Assembly: GCA_013239625.1 (NCBI GenBank)
Contig: MU054323.1
Coordinates: 3,646,161 to 3,710,160 of the forward strand
Length of the DNA: 64,000 nucleotides
Direction of reading: 5' to 3'
Origin: Lama guanicoe
Lineage: Eukaryota
Shown: one piece after another, positions 25,784 through 37,490 of the stretch
How the letters are laid out: each line of letters begins with the position of its first letter
How positions within the stretch are numbered: position 1 is the first letter of the stretch
The notes under the pieces: generated by a model
Seen by the model: only the letters and a program-made list of their open reading frames with translations
What the model was told of the DNA's origin: nothing
The model's database searches: none
Made by a program: the position numbers and the translations under genes

Positions 25784-26699
25784 CTACAGGGAGGCTCGGC
25801 CTCACCCTGCCTGGGGGAGACAGAGCCCCGCGCAGCCTGCCGGGAGGGTATGGCTGCCCAAAGGACAGAGGCACAGCAGGGGTGGCTCCTTGCCCTGGGG
25901 GGCTGACTGGGCGCATCAGCTCCTCTTACAGGTGTGCAGCCCAGAATGTTCCCAGGGCCTCAGAGCCCTCCGGCCCATTCCCTGTCCCCACCCATGCCTG
26001 GGACAGCAGCCCAGAGCTGCCTAGAACAGGGCCTTATCAGCAGGGCAGGAGGCTGGGGGGGTGTGGATGGGAAGCAGAATGGGGAGTTGCCTTAAACACT
26101 GAGGTTAAGGATGAGGTCGGCATTCAAGGACCCACACCTGACCCAACTGCTTTCTCCAAAGTAACTTGGACCTCTCACTGAGCCCCATCCAGGCCCAGAT
26201 GCTTCTACTTAATGTCCACAGTTCTGCTTAGCACTGAGTTGGGGGCAGAAGCTGGTCCTCCTCCAGCCCCGGCACAGATGCTGGCTGCTGGGCAGGGGTC
26301 CTGAGGCTAAATGCCACTGCAGAAGGCGGAACATCCCTGGGTCCAGGAGGACTGGGTGTGATCGCTGCAGGGTCAGGGGAAATGGCTGCTTCCCTATGAG
26401 CAGAGAGCCCAGTGTCAACATGGACATAGCCACACACACTTACCCCTTAGCTGCTAGAGGACAGGGACCCAGAACTGGATGTTTGGGTCCCATCAGTGAA
26501 AGCGGTTCCATGATGGGCCCAGAGGAGAGGAGGGATGTTGGGAAACCAGAGAACTGGTGACCAAGTGCTGTGACAGTCTCTGTCCCAAGAGGGGAAGCGT
26601 GGACGTGCCCAAGCGGAAGGCTCTCCCTCCAGCCACGGGGTCACGGTGTGAGGAGATTGATGCTGGGCTCACCTGGAGTCCTCCCTCCAGATCACTCAC

Positions 26700-26799
26700 C
26701 TACCCAGTGCGTGGCCTCCCTGCAAGGTCCGGTACCAGAGGAGCTCAGACAGCTGGGTGTTGGGGCCCCGGCTAGCTCTAGGATCCATATTGTTCACAG
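26700..26799 (-). pseudogene. Putative fossil exon
   Basis: Acceptor ttcctttcccag|, consensus donor AG|gtgagt; 100 nt, stop-free VNNMDPRASRGPNTQLSELLWYRTLQGGHALG. Confidence 0.45.
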
Positions 26800-27744
26800 C
26801 TGGGAAAGGAATTATGGGGGGCAGATGCTGTGAGGATTTCATGCCCCAGATCTATCGAGAGAAAGATGACTGAAGGTCCTGTGGGTGCTGGAGCCCCCAG
26901 CAGCCCCAACTGGATCAGCGGGTCCCAGGTGCCTGGTACAGAACTGGCACTCCGTCAACATCATGAATGAATAAATGAATGAGGCAAAGGCATCAGAGGC
27001 CACCCAGGTCTCAGCAGTTCTCAGGCTGCCCCTGTTTGAACTGCCTCCACCCCTTTCTGCAATACACCATATTTACCCTGGGACAGAGATCCTGAGTGCC
27101 AGCAAGCGTGGCAGCTCCTAGCAGGGTAGAGCCCGAGGGAGGAACACCGGGGTAGGATGGTCATGCTGGAGGCCTGGAAACAGTCAGCCAGGTTCTAATA
27201 GTTTACAGCTGCTCTCACAATACAGGAGGCAGAGTCCAAGCCTGCCCCCGCCACTGAAGAGGGACGTCTCCATCTGCACCTGTGTCCCTGTGATGCCACC
27301 AGCCCCTCCCTCCATGAGAGCTGCCAAGAGAAGAGAGACCTTTGTCATCTTCGTGGGACAAGAAACAGCCCTCCTGTGGCACACTCTCTCCTGCTTTACA
27401 GAAAAAGGGCCAAGTCTGGCTTGAAGCCACCCATCACCAGGCCACACAGAGCCTCAAACATGAATGTGGCCTCCAGCCCCCAGAGACCCACAGCCATTTA
27501 GAATCTGGGAGCCCCGAGAATCAGAAGCTGCCAGAGTGTTTGCTGTCAGACTTGCACCAGGCCACACGTGCAGCCTGCTGCCCTCTGGCTGCTTGGAGCC
27601 CTGTGTGATCTCGTCTAAGATTTCCGAGCAGGAGCACAGCCACGGCGGCTATGTGGGCGAGACTGTGAAATCTGACACTAACTGGTGGGTCCGGCGGTAG
27701 GTGGTGTGTGTGGATTTTCAACAGTGGGCTGTGATGTTGAAAAT

Positions 27745-27885
27745 CCACTTGGATAAACCAGGATGATCTTATCTCAAAATACTTATTTAATTACATCTAT
27801 AAAGACCCCATATCCAGAACATTTGCAGGTTGTGGGGGTTAACATGTAGACTATCTTGGAGAGCCATGACTCAACTTACAACACA
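27745..27885 (-). mobile_element. MLT1 LTR fragment
   Basis: ggataaaccaggatgatcttatctcaa...ttaattacatctataaagaccc. Confidence 0.55.
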
Positions 27886-28299
27886 GCAGTTCATGACACA
27901 CCCCAAGTATTTACACTGAGCCATGCGGCCCTGTGGGATCTGGGCCCTCTCATCTCACCTCCCCTCCTCACATGTTTCGACACTCTTTGCTTTGCCATCC
28001 TGGAATGCCCCGTCTCTCTCCCCTCCTTCCCCTTTTCCTCCCATTCTTCTCCTGGAAAACTTCTAGTCATCCTCCAAGATCCCAGGTCCTCTGAGAAACT
28101 TATGTTGATCTCCCTCCTCCCTGCAACCCATATACACAGGCAAAGTGGTCCCTTCTTCCTCTCTATACTCCATCCTCCCCACCATCAAAGTATTCCTCCC
28201 ACTGTGTTTGAAGTACCCTGTTCCTTGTTTGTCCCCACACGAGTCTGGGCTCCTTCAGAGCCTGGTGTCTTTTCATCATTGCCATTCCCTGGATAGGCC

Positions 28300-28450
28300 C
28301 TGGAGATGCCCCATGAAGTCCTGAAGCAGCCACTTTGGCAAACTGGACTCTGGGTAGGATTTGGGCCACTTGAGTGTGTCTGGGGTCCAGCTCAGGGCCT
28401 CCCTCATGGACACATAAAGTGTCTGAGTCTGCATCACTGCTAATCTCCAC
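28300..28450 (-). pseudogene. Putative fossil exon (3' boundary uncertain)
   Basis: Acceptor cctccctcttcag|, phase 0; VEISSDADSDTLCVHEGGPELDPRHTQVAQILPRVQFAKVAASGL. Confidence 0.45.
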
Positions 28451-28787
28451 CTGAAGAGGGAGGCCCACAGGAGGCAAGGCTGTAAGACCTGCCACCCGAA
28501 GGTGCCTCCTCCCCCACCCCAGGGCCCCTGAGCTCCCTCCATGTTCATGGTGTGGCCCTGAAACATGAGCTTTACAGGCCATGGGCAGCACAAGGCCCTT
28601 GGCCTCAGCCCCGGACATTTTCCACCAGCCCAGCAGGAAACAGGCTTCAGTTCTGGGACTCTAGAGCAAAAGATCACTTCCAGGGCCAGGTGGCCATGGC
28701 AACATCACCGCTTCCCGCCCTCACCCTTCCCCAGCAGCCTCAGACTAGTGAAGGGTCCTCATAAACTCTGATTTTATCCAAATTTAC

Positions 28788-28925
28788 CTTTTCAGCCTAA
28801 GGGAGGTCTTGTGCTTTCTGTTGCGCGCTGGCCAGATTTCCAGGTGTCCTGGGTGATCTTGGATCTGCCGCTGACTTGCTGGGGGTTCTAGCAAGGTCCT
28901 GAGACTTCTGCCTCCATTTTCTCAG
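28788..28925 (-). pseudogene. Putative fossil exon
   Basis: Very strong acceptor ctttcttcttttgcag| and donor AAG|gtaaat; 138 nt, phase 0 to 0; LRKWRQKSQDLARTPSKSAADPRSPRTPGNLASAQQKAQDLP*AEK. Confidence 0.55.
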
Positions 28926-29482
28926 CTGCAAAAGAAGAAAGCTGATTTCGAAGAGAGCTGATCAAAACTGGGCTGTAGGAACCTTAGGGATTCCCCAGAC
29001 ATTAGAGTACTTTCGCCAAGCAAAATATTTTGCCTGGAGAAAACTTCTGATTGATTTTTTAATGTCAGAGCTCTGGGCAAGATTTTTTTTTTCTAGGAAA
29101 AAATAAAAGAAGGATTTTCACTGATTAAAAAAAGTTCTGAAAACTACTGGATATGATTTCTATGCATTTAGAAATCCAAACAGTGTGCACTCACACTGTA
29201 GTAGGTTCTCAAAGATTAGGTCTGGGAGAATTCAAGGGAAGAGAGCCGCTTTCTGTTTCCCAGCCCATAAACTGCGTGGTTGTTTTCATGACTCTTATTT
29301 ATCTTTCCCAGGCATGGCCAGAGGGCCTGGCAGCCTCCTTAGCAGGGGCCCCACTGCCTCAGTGCCTGGAGCATGGCTCAGCCCCGGGTGGTTAGAAAGA
29401 CAAAAATGGGGACACCCCCCCGAGGTCCCCACTTGCAGTGAAGTAAGTGTCAATGTCTGAATTTCTCTTATGTAAGACTAAC

Positions 29483-29597
29483 TTCTTTGCATATATCATT
29501 GTGCAATTTAAGCTCTTCTTTCAAACCTCCCTCTTCCTTCTCCAGGGGCTGCTGAGATGGTTAGCTGAGCTTCTCCCTGGCAGGGGGTCCTGGATGC
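29483..29597 (-). pseudogene. Putative fossil exon
   Basis: Acceptor cccctttctcccag|, donor GAA|gttagt; 115 nt, phase 2 to 0; HPGPPAREKLS*PSQQPLEKEEGGLKEELKLHNDICKE. Confidence 0.55.
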
Positions 29598-29692
29598 CTG
29601 GGAGAAAGGGGACTGATACTGGGGAGGTGAGGGGTGGGGTGGGGAGTGGTGGGAATGGGTAGCGGGTGGAAATTCAAGACGGGCACAGGAAC

Positions 29693-29825
29693 CCAAAGTC
29701 TGAGTCCTGTCCCTTGGGGTCTGCGGCCTGCTGGAGAGATTGCTAAACCCTGGTGGAAAAATTCTTATTTTTCTGCTTAGACCCCTGGCATCCAATTCAG
29801 GCCAGTAGCAGAGGCTGTTGAGATT
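29693..29825 (-). pseudogene. Putative fossil exon (weak donor)
   Basis: Strong acceptor ttgccccatttcctgtttcag|; phase-1 reading ESQQPLLLA*IGCQGSKQKNKNFSTRV*QSLQQAADPKGQDSDF. The donor |gttcct is weak. Confidence 0.4.
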
Positions 29826-30085
29826 CTGAAACAGGAAATGGGGCAAGAAGATGGAAGAGATGTCACAGCCCAGGGCCGAGTGAGGACACAGCTGTTCCAG
29901 CATGTCTCATACTCCCTGCTACCCTGGTGCCAGGGAAATACATCCTGTGTGGGCAATCCTGCCAGCCACTGTGAGCCACCTGGACTCATGCCCAGTTGGG
30001 GACATAGGTCTGCATCACCCCAACTGTCCTGGCCACCCAAGTCAAATGAGATTTGGGAACTTTAAAATCAGATTTGGATACTTAC

Positions 30086-30115
30086 CAAACCAGGGCTCTT
30101 TCTCAGGGGAGAGAA
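30086..30115 (-). pseudogene. Putative fossil micro-exon (30 nt)
   Basis: ctctgtctctaatcccag| ... TTG|gtaagt; phase 1 to 1; LSPEKEPWF; 102-nt intron from the previous exon. Confidence 0.45.
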
Positions 30116-30217
30116 CTGGGATTAGAGACAGAGGCCAAAGGGGACTACTTGGGTAATAATAATGATTTTTTAAGTGTATTATTATTTTTTTTTAAAGATC
30201 AGACCTAAAAAACTTAC

Positions 30218-30262
30218 TGTAAAAATATCAATTGTCTTACAAGAGATGTTCCCTTTCCAGAG
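30218..30262 (-). pseudogene. Putative fossil micro-exon (45 nt)
   Basis: ccgtag| ... ACA|gtaagt; phase 1 to 1; LEREHLL*DN*YFY. Confidence 0.45.
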
Positions 30263-31688
30263 CTACGGCTGGGGGTTGCCTGGTTCAGACAGTGCTCCTG
30301 ACTTGCCGAATGGTTTGGAATCCGATCTGGCTCCTTGGGCCTCAGTTTCCCCATCTGTATGTACCAGGGGGAGGTGGACCTGATAGTCTCCAATGCCCTT
30401 CAGCCCTGACATCAGGTAACAAGAAGCTTCGCCATCTGCCTGGGTTGCGCTGGGCCTTCTCTGTGCTGAGTGTTCACTTCAGAAGGAGGGGATTGGGCGG
30501 TCAGCTGGGAGTGGTCCCAGGTCTGTGTGGGAGACAGCAGAGTAGCCCTGGGGCTCTGTGGGCAGGAGAGCTGAGCTGCCTTCCTGGGGAGAGTCATGCC
30601 CGGCCCCAGAGAGCCTCTGGAGTCCCCCAGTCTCAGGGCAGTCAGACCAGGTGCCGGCATCGCGGCGGGGTGAGCTGTGCCTCTCTCTGAGTTTGGGCCT
30701 GCATGTGCCATTAAGACAGAGTTGGTCTGGTTAGGGACATTGGCCCAGTGACCCTGCCCCCGGCACCAATCACTATGACAACAGCTCAATAAGGTCCCAA
30801 GGGCCTAAGAATCCTGCTTCCACTGAGAGTGAGGTTGGTGAGGTCAGACAAAGAGGGATTAATAGAGCCCTGTTCTCATTAAGCCACAAAGCGCCATTAT
30901 TACAAGTCGCCACGGCGCTACCAGGAGATGCATCAGACTTTCAAGTCACAGAGAGCCCAGTACACTGAAGAGAATGGTTCCAGGGCCAGCCTCAAAGTCA
31001 CCCTCAGCCCAGAATCAAAGGAGGAGGAGAAAAACTAGAAACCACCCAAATGTCTAATAGACGGTTACATGAAGCCTGGGGCAGCCGAGCGATAGCACAT
31101 GGATCACAGTCATTCAAATGATGATGCCGATTGTACTTAACGCGGTAAAGTCCTCATGACTCACGGAAATAAGGTCACAAAGCTGTCAATAAGATGCCAT
31201 TTTTATTTTTTAAAAAATCATATACATATGCTCCCAGCAAAAATATAGAAGAAAATGTTTCAAAATGTTAGCAGTGGTTATCTTTGGAAAGTGAGATTAT
31301 ATGTATTTTCCTTCTTTGGGTTATTTGCATTTTCTATAGTGAACACATAGTTCTCTCTTGGATTTCTAAAAACTTAATTTTCTTTCTTAAAAATCTGTTC
31401 AGAAAATTAGAGGGTGCTCCTTTTTTCCCTCTGTAATCAAACTTCAGATAATAAAACACATGAATGGGCTTTGTTTTGGAGAAACAAATTTTCTTCATAA
31501 CTAATATTTTATTAACTTGAGAACAAATAGTTAAAAAATTTTACATTAACTAGTATATAAGAAAATTATTCTAAACAACATTGTGTATTCTTATGCCTTC
31601 TGCCAACAGAGTACAATGAAAAAAAGTTATCATTAGCTTTCTCATTGTAAAGGGTGCAAATTATACCTTGCTATATAATAAGGCTGAC

Positions 31689-31875
31689 CTTCAGGGCTAC
31701 TGGATGAGCAGAGGTATTTGTGCCTGCATTAAATTATTCGTCTTGTTGTGTATTTCGTTTTGCTTTTTTGTATTTTTCAATCTCTTCCACTGCTGATAAA
31801 CCATCAGTCTCAGGATCCCCCCTGTAACTAGTCTTTCACGCAGTTTTTAATGCGGTGCTTCTAATCTGCTGTCAT
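31689..31875 (-). pseudogene. Putative fossil exon (frame ambiguous)
   Basis: Acceptor gttttttccaag|, donor AAG|gtcagc. One frame contains DPETDGLSAVEEIEKYKKAKRNTQQDE*; every frame has stops. Confidence 0.4.
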
Positions 31876-32699
31876 CTTGGAAAAAACATACATACTTGTT
31901 AGAAGTGTGCATAAACTCAGAGAAGTAGATCTGAGTGAGGGGTTCAAGGTAGAGTCTCTGACAAGCTGAGTTCCAGAGTGGAGAGGGGCTCAAAATTAGT
32001 GGCTCTTATAGGCTGGGGTTAAATCATGTTATATCACGTTAGTCATGTTAAAAAGTTTGGACTTTATCCTGAGGGCAATTGGGAGCTATTGAAGAATTTC
32101 AAGAAGGGAAGTGAGGTGTTCATATCTGTGTTTTTGAAAGATTGCTAAAACAGGGACAATTTCATGGGGGGAAAAACTGTTGGCAGGAAGAGATGTGGAT
32201 CTGGAAACAGAAAGGAAAGGAAATTGGGCTGTGAAAAGTTAGCTTTTTGGGACATTATATACATATTCTCTTCTAGCTGATAAACCCAAACATATTCTTT
32301 CTTTAAGAGGAACCACAGGAGAAATTTTTTTCCAGCCTCTGTGCCAGGAAAAGCTTTGCCTCCCCTAAGATATAGATACATGTTTATCTCATGGGCCTGT
32401 GAATCCTACAAATAATTGTATTTTCCTCTTTGCTTTGGTTACTAGGAAGCTCTATGTATGTAATTCTACATACTGATTTTACCCTTGGCTTCATCTTAGA
32501 TGCGTACTTTCCTTTTGCCTAGAATTTTTTATTTATGGTATCCTTTTGTATTATTTGAATTTTCATAAGTGGCATCAAATTATTTTTGGAATGAAGTGAA
32601 GTAAAAGAAAAGAATTCTTCAAAAGTCCAAGTTTGAAAAACATGAAAAGAATCAATACCTCTTGCTGGTTTGGTGTGGGCATATTTCTCTATGTTAGAA

Positions 32700-32875
32700 T
32701 ATTGCTTTAGAAAACTAGGAAGTCTATGACACCAAAAGAATGAATTGCCGAAGAAAAACTAGATAAATTAGATTTCATAAAAACTTAACATTTTTATGCT
32801 TCAAAGAACACTGTCAAGAAAGTGAAAAGATAGCCCACAAAATGAAAGAAAATATTTGCAAATCATATATCTAGG
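32700..32875 (+). mobile_element. L1 ORF2 fragment
   Basis: agataaattagatttcataaaaactt...aagaaagtgaaaagatagcccacaaaatgaaagaaaatatttgcaaatcatatatct. Confidence 0.7.
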
Positions 32876-33416
32876 TCATTTGACATCTTGGCCCTCAGCT
32901 GAGGAATCAATAGCTTTTTAGTCTACACCCTGCACCCTGCTTCCCTCAGCAACTGTATGAGCCAGCCTGCTTTTAAACAATCCCCAGGGATAGCCCTGGG
33001 TCTGGAGTTCTTAGTCATGAAATCACAGAACATCCATTCCAGGCCCCCTCATATTCAAAACGAAAAGACTGAGGCACAGAGATGGGCAGGCCAGGCCACA
33101 GTGGCCTCTCCAGCCCAGTTCTCTGGAGGAGTTGGAAGCATTCACTAAGCCCCTCCAGTGTGCTACGCGCTGCTCCATGGTCCACTTGTGTCCCCTCTCT
33201 TAATCCCAACAGCAAACCTATGAGGTGGATATTATTTCCCCACTTTTAGTCGCCCAAGGTCATTTAGCCCCAGCTTGTCCAACACCGAAGACCATGCTCA
33301 TTCTGCTGGACAGGTCCCCCAGTGTCTCCATTTCAGAAGTGGAGCAGGTCACCCTCATCCTCCAAGAGGGACTCTGGTCCCCGACTCTGGATTTTCAGGA
33401 CATTCTTGGGCCTCAC

Positions 33417-33980
33417 CTGCCTGCCCTCCTCTCTCCTTTCCCCTGCTCATTTCTCTCGCTAAATGCTGGATTCTCTGCAGCTCAGCCTCCTCTGGTCTGA
33501 CCCTCTCTAAACTTGAGCTTAGGAGTGTCCATTTAAACTCCCATGGAAGAAAAGGAGAAAGAATTACAGATGCTCCCAGTTGTAAGTCTTGAGTCTATCT
33601 CTCAGGATGTCTTTTGTTGCCAAGGAAAATGAAGCAGATGTCTTGGCAATAGTTTCAAATGTTTCCTGCCAGACCAGAGGAGAGCCTGTCTTCAGGTTAG
33701 ATGCAGCCAAGAAAGACAAGTCCCAGGCCTTATTATTCCCAGGAAACCCACAAACACACACAGGCTTCTGAAACCTGGGAGGCCTGCTCTCCCAGCAGCC
33801 TCTCTCACCAGGCTTCAGCATCAGCTGTAGAAACACGCTGCCTCCCTCTGCCTTCAATGGCTTCACAACTTCCCTCCTCCACGGCCCCCCAGATTTCACA
33901 TCACTCCCTGCTTCCTGGCATCGGGTAACTCCTTGGCCTTCTGACCAAACTTCCTCACTGGGCTTGTTCTCCATCATGTC
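33417..33980 (-). pseudogene. Putative large fossil exon
   Basis: tttag|GAC ATG ATG opens the 137-aa ORF MMENKPSEEVWSEGQ...KDILRDRLKTYNWEHL*. After a frameshift it reads ERVRPEEAELQRIQHLAREMSRGKERGGQA and ends at donor CAG|gtgagg. Confidence 0.45.
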
Positions 33981-33992
33981 CTAAATACACTC

Positions 33993-34015
33993 GTGTGTGT
34001 GTGTGTGTGTGTGTG
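33993..34015. repeat. (GT)11 microsatellite
   Basis: Read directly from the sequence. Confidence 0.95.
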
Positions 34016-34017
34016 CG

Positions 34018-34215
34018 CTAAAATACACACAACGTAAAACTGACCATTTTAAAGTGTACCATCCAGTGGTGTTTTAATACATTCACCACGTTGTACAACC
34101 ATCACCACTATCTGCTTCCAGAAGATTTCATCACCCCAAAGGAAAGCCCATACTTATTAAATAGTCACTCTCCATTCCCCCAGCCCCCAGCCCCTGGCAG
34201 CCACATATCTGCTCT
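34018..34215 (-). mobile_element. L1M 3' end fragment
   Basis: ccattttaaagtgtac...gttgtacaaccatcaccactatct...tcatcaccccaaaggaaagccc. Confidence 0.7.
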
Positions 34216-34479
34216 GATGCCCATGCCCTGAGGCCAGGCACCTCTGTGAACATAACAGCTTGAGCCACACAAAAAGCAGGCTTGGAGCATAAATCCAGAG
34301 ACACAAGCCAGGTGAACCCAGGACCCTGAGCTCCACTGGCTAATGTGAGGTCAGATCTTCAGCACCTCTGTGAGACCAGGACAGAGACTGATGGGGACCC
34401 TCGGCCAGGATTGGCACTGAACAATTCCCAGGAGGACTGAACAAAGCCATCATGACAGTGGGATGTTTACAACCGCCCC

Positions 34480-35330
34480 TCAGGAATGATGGGTCAAGTG
34501 GACCCAGAGTAAATCAGGATACAGAATTCTGAAAATATAATTAATACTTTTGAAATTATGTATGTGTTTTATAATTAGAGTATATATTTTAAAATGTCCA
34601 TTGAACATTTAAAAACTTGGTTATATCTTAGGTTGTCAAGAAATATTTTTAAATTACAGAAAGTAGCAGTCTTACAGATTCCTATTCTCAGACCATAATG
34701 CAGTAAGACTAGAAATAAATTACAAAGAGATAATAATAAAAACAGTGATAAAAACCTTGGAAACTGAAAGTACAAACATACAAACACTACTAGTATTTAA
34801 AATAGCTTTTCAGTTTTAACACGAAATAAAAAATACAAATTTAACTTCTTGAAAATGGGACTATTCTATCATAAAATCTGTGGGAGGGGGCCAAAACTGT
34901 GTTAGAGTAAATTATGTAGCCTTAAGTGTTTTTAAAATTACCAACAAAAAAGGAAAGTAAATAAAAAATGTGGCTCTACAAAAAAGATGCTTAAAGGAAA
35001 TGTGGCTAAATTTTAAATAGAAACGAATGAATTAGATGGAAAACATAGTAAAATAGATCTTTAAAACCCAAAACTGGTTTCTTTGAAAAGACAAACAGAA
35101 TAAATTTCGGATGACTATAACCAATAAAAGAGAGAGAAAATTCCTAGAGATGAACATTGGACTATAACCACAAATACGATTTTTAAAGTTATGAGAATAT
35201 GACATGTATTTTAAATCAGGATGAAGTAGATACTTTTCTAGAAAAAAATTAATGATGAAAATCAACTTGAAAAAAAATTACAAAACTTGAACAGATTAAT
35301 GCTCATAGAAGTAGAAGAAATAATTCTCAG
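34480..35330 (+). mobile_element. Degraded L1 ORF2 region
   Basis: ttctcagaccataatgcagtaagactagaaat, aactggtttctttgaaaaga, aaaacttgaacaga: typical L1 ORF2 remnants. Confidence 0.65.
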
Positions 35331-35464
35331 TGAGCTTAGTGTCTCTAAATACCAGGCACAGGAAGAATCATTTCTGAGCAGCAGGTGAGGATGAGGCCCC
35401 TAGGAGGAGAGGGGTAGGGAAGGCCTTGGGGGCTGATTGGAGAGGTTGTCCATGAGCACTGTCT

Positions 35465-36314
35465 GTTTTTTTTTTAATTGAAGTATAGTCAGGTCACAAT
35501 GTTGTGTATGTAGATTTCTGGCGTACAGTGTAATGTTTCAGTCATACATATCAATATATGTTTTCATATTCTTTTTCATTATAAGTTACTGTAAGATATT
35601 GAAGCTTGTTCCCTGTGTTATACAGTATAAACTTGCTGTTTATCTATTTTATATATAGTAGTTAGTATCTGCAAATCTCGAGCTCCCATTTTATCCCTTC
35701 CCACCTCTTTTACCCCTGGTAACCATGAGTTTGTTTCCTACGTCTGTGAGTCTGTTTCTGTTTTGTAAATCAGTTCATGTCTTTTTTTTTTTAAGATTCC
35801 ACATACAAGTGATATCATATGGTATTTTTCTTTCTCTTTCTAGCTTACTTCACTTAGAATGATGCTCTTCAGGTCTATCCATGTTGCTGCAAATGACATT
35901 AGTTTATTATTTTTTATGGCTGAGTAGTATTCCATTATATAAATATACCACAACTTCTTTATACAGTCATCTGTCGATGGACATTTAGATTGTTTCCTTG
36001 TTTTGACTATTGTAAATAGTGCTGCTATGAACACTGAGGTACATGTATCTTTTCAAATTAGAGTTCCTTCTGGACATATGACCAGGAGTGGGATTGCTGG
36101 GTGATGTGTAAGGCTATTTTCAGTTTTTTGAGGAATCTCCATACTGTTTTCCATATGGCTGCACTAAACTACATACCTACCAACAGTGAGGGAGGGTTCC
36201 CTTTTCTTCACACCCTCTTCAGCATCTACTGTTTGTGGACTTTTGAATGATGGCCATTGTGACTGGTGTGAGGTGATATGTCATTGTAGTTTTGATTTGC
36301 ATTTCTCTGATAAT
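35465..36314 (-). mobile_element. 5'-truncated L1 with poly(A) tail and target-site duplication
   Basis: ORF 35840-36034 (MFIAALFTIVKTRKQSKCPSTDDCIKKLWYIYIMEYYSAIK) is the L1 ORF2p C-terminus. T-tract at 35466; TSD tgagcactgtct (35453-64) / tgagctctgtct (36315-26). Confidence 0.9.
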
Positions 36315-37203
36315 TGAGCTCTGTCTTTTGTATGATTGGACTGCTGTCCTGATCTCCATGTGAGCCTGGAGACCTAGTACTCGGATTCAGGCTCTGGGAC
36401 CCCTTCTCTTTCTGCCCTAAACCTGGGACGCTTGAGCCTCAGATCTGAGGATGTCCTCCTCAAGCTGTGCCCAAAGGCACCCATGCCAAGAGAAACATTA
36501 CTTTAGGAACAGGCCTGGGCCTCAGCAGGACTGCTTCTCACTTCTTAGTAATAATAACGCTTTGAGCTTAGGTTAAGGAGAAATGCGGTGCCGTGTGTAA
36601 AGCTCTTAGCATGCAGCATGTCCACTATCACATGGCCAGGGGACAACACAAAACACCTCCTCCCTGTCTGTTCAAAGCCTGCAGCAGAATGAACCCCTGC
36701 CCACACCAGGACCCCAACTTGCCACTCTAACAGGGCCTTGTGAGCAGCCTTCTGCCCTCTGGTCCTCAAGCACCAGGCAACAGCTCTTCCTCAATCCCAG
36801 CAAGCAAGGTTCTGTGTACTTTGGAAAGCTGATAGACACCTTTGGCAGCACTGAGACTTCAAATCTGCTCCAGGGGTCCAGGTAGACCACTAGGTCTCCT
36901 CCTGGGAAGGGGCATTCTCTTCAGGGCCCTTGTAGCCAAGGCTCCTGGAGCTTGATGAGGCCTTTGGAAACACCCTAGGCATGTTTTCCTGATTCTGAGG
37001 CCTCTCAGGCTCATTCCACTAGGGAAGGGAAGAGGGAATTCATGGATTTGCTCAGCCCATCTCACCTACCTCTGAAAGGCACTGAGCCTCCTGCAAAAAG
37101 TCCTCTCCATCTGCCTGCCCAGGACAACACAGGGTAACTACAGGAAAGAAAAAGGGAAGATGGAAATCACACAGAGGAGGAGAGAGAAGCTCTCAATGAA
37201 CCA

Positions 37204-37371
37204 AGGCCAGTCAGTGTCCAAGGCTTCCAGGCCGACAGGGGATTTTGACCCAAGGTCTTCCTCTTCATCAAGTGCTTCCAGCCTTTCCTCTCTTCTGCTC
37301 ACTTGCTGGACCAGAAACCCCTAACACAATCAGCCAAATGTTTGCTGAGCTTTAACTGGAGCCCAGTGCAC
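37204..37371 (-). pseudogene. Putative fossil exon (3' boundary uncertain)
   Basis: Acceptor cctctcctccag|; VHWAPVKAQQTFG*LC*GFLVQQVSRREERLEALDEEEDLGSKSPVGLEALDTDWP. Confidence 0.4.
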
Positions 37372-37490
37372 CTGGAGGAGAGGCAGGGTGCTCGCTAAAG
37401 GTGGGGCATGGTCAGGGAGGCGGGGCTGACCTCCTGGAGTGGCAAGTATCTTCTGGGCTAAGGCACCTTCTCCCTGTGGTTCCTTTTTTT

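Noticed and set aside
35840..36034. Host protein-coding ORF
   Set aside because: It is the L1 ORF2p C-terminus inside a truncated L1.
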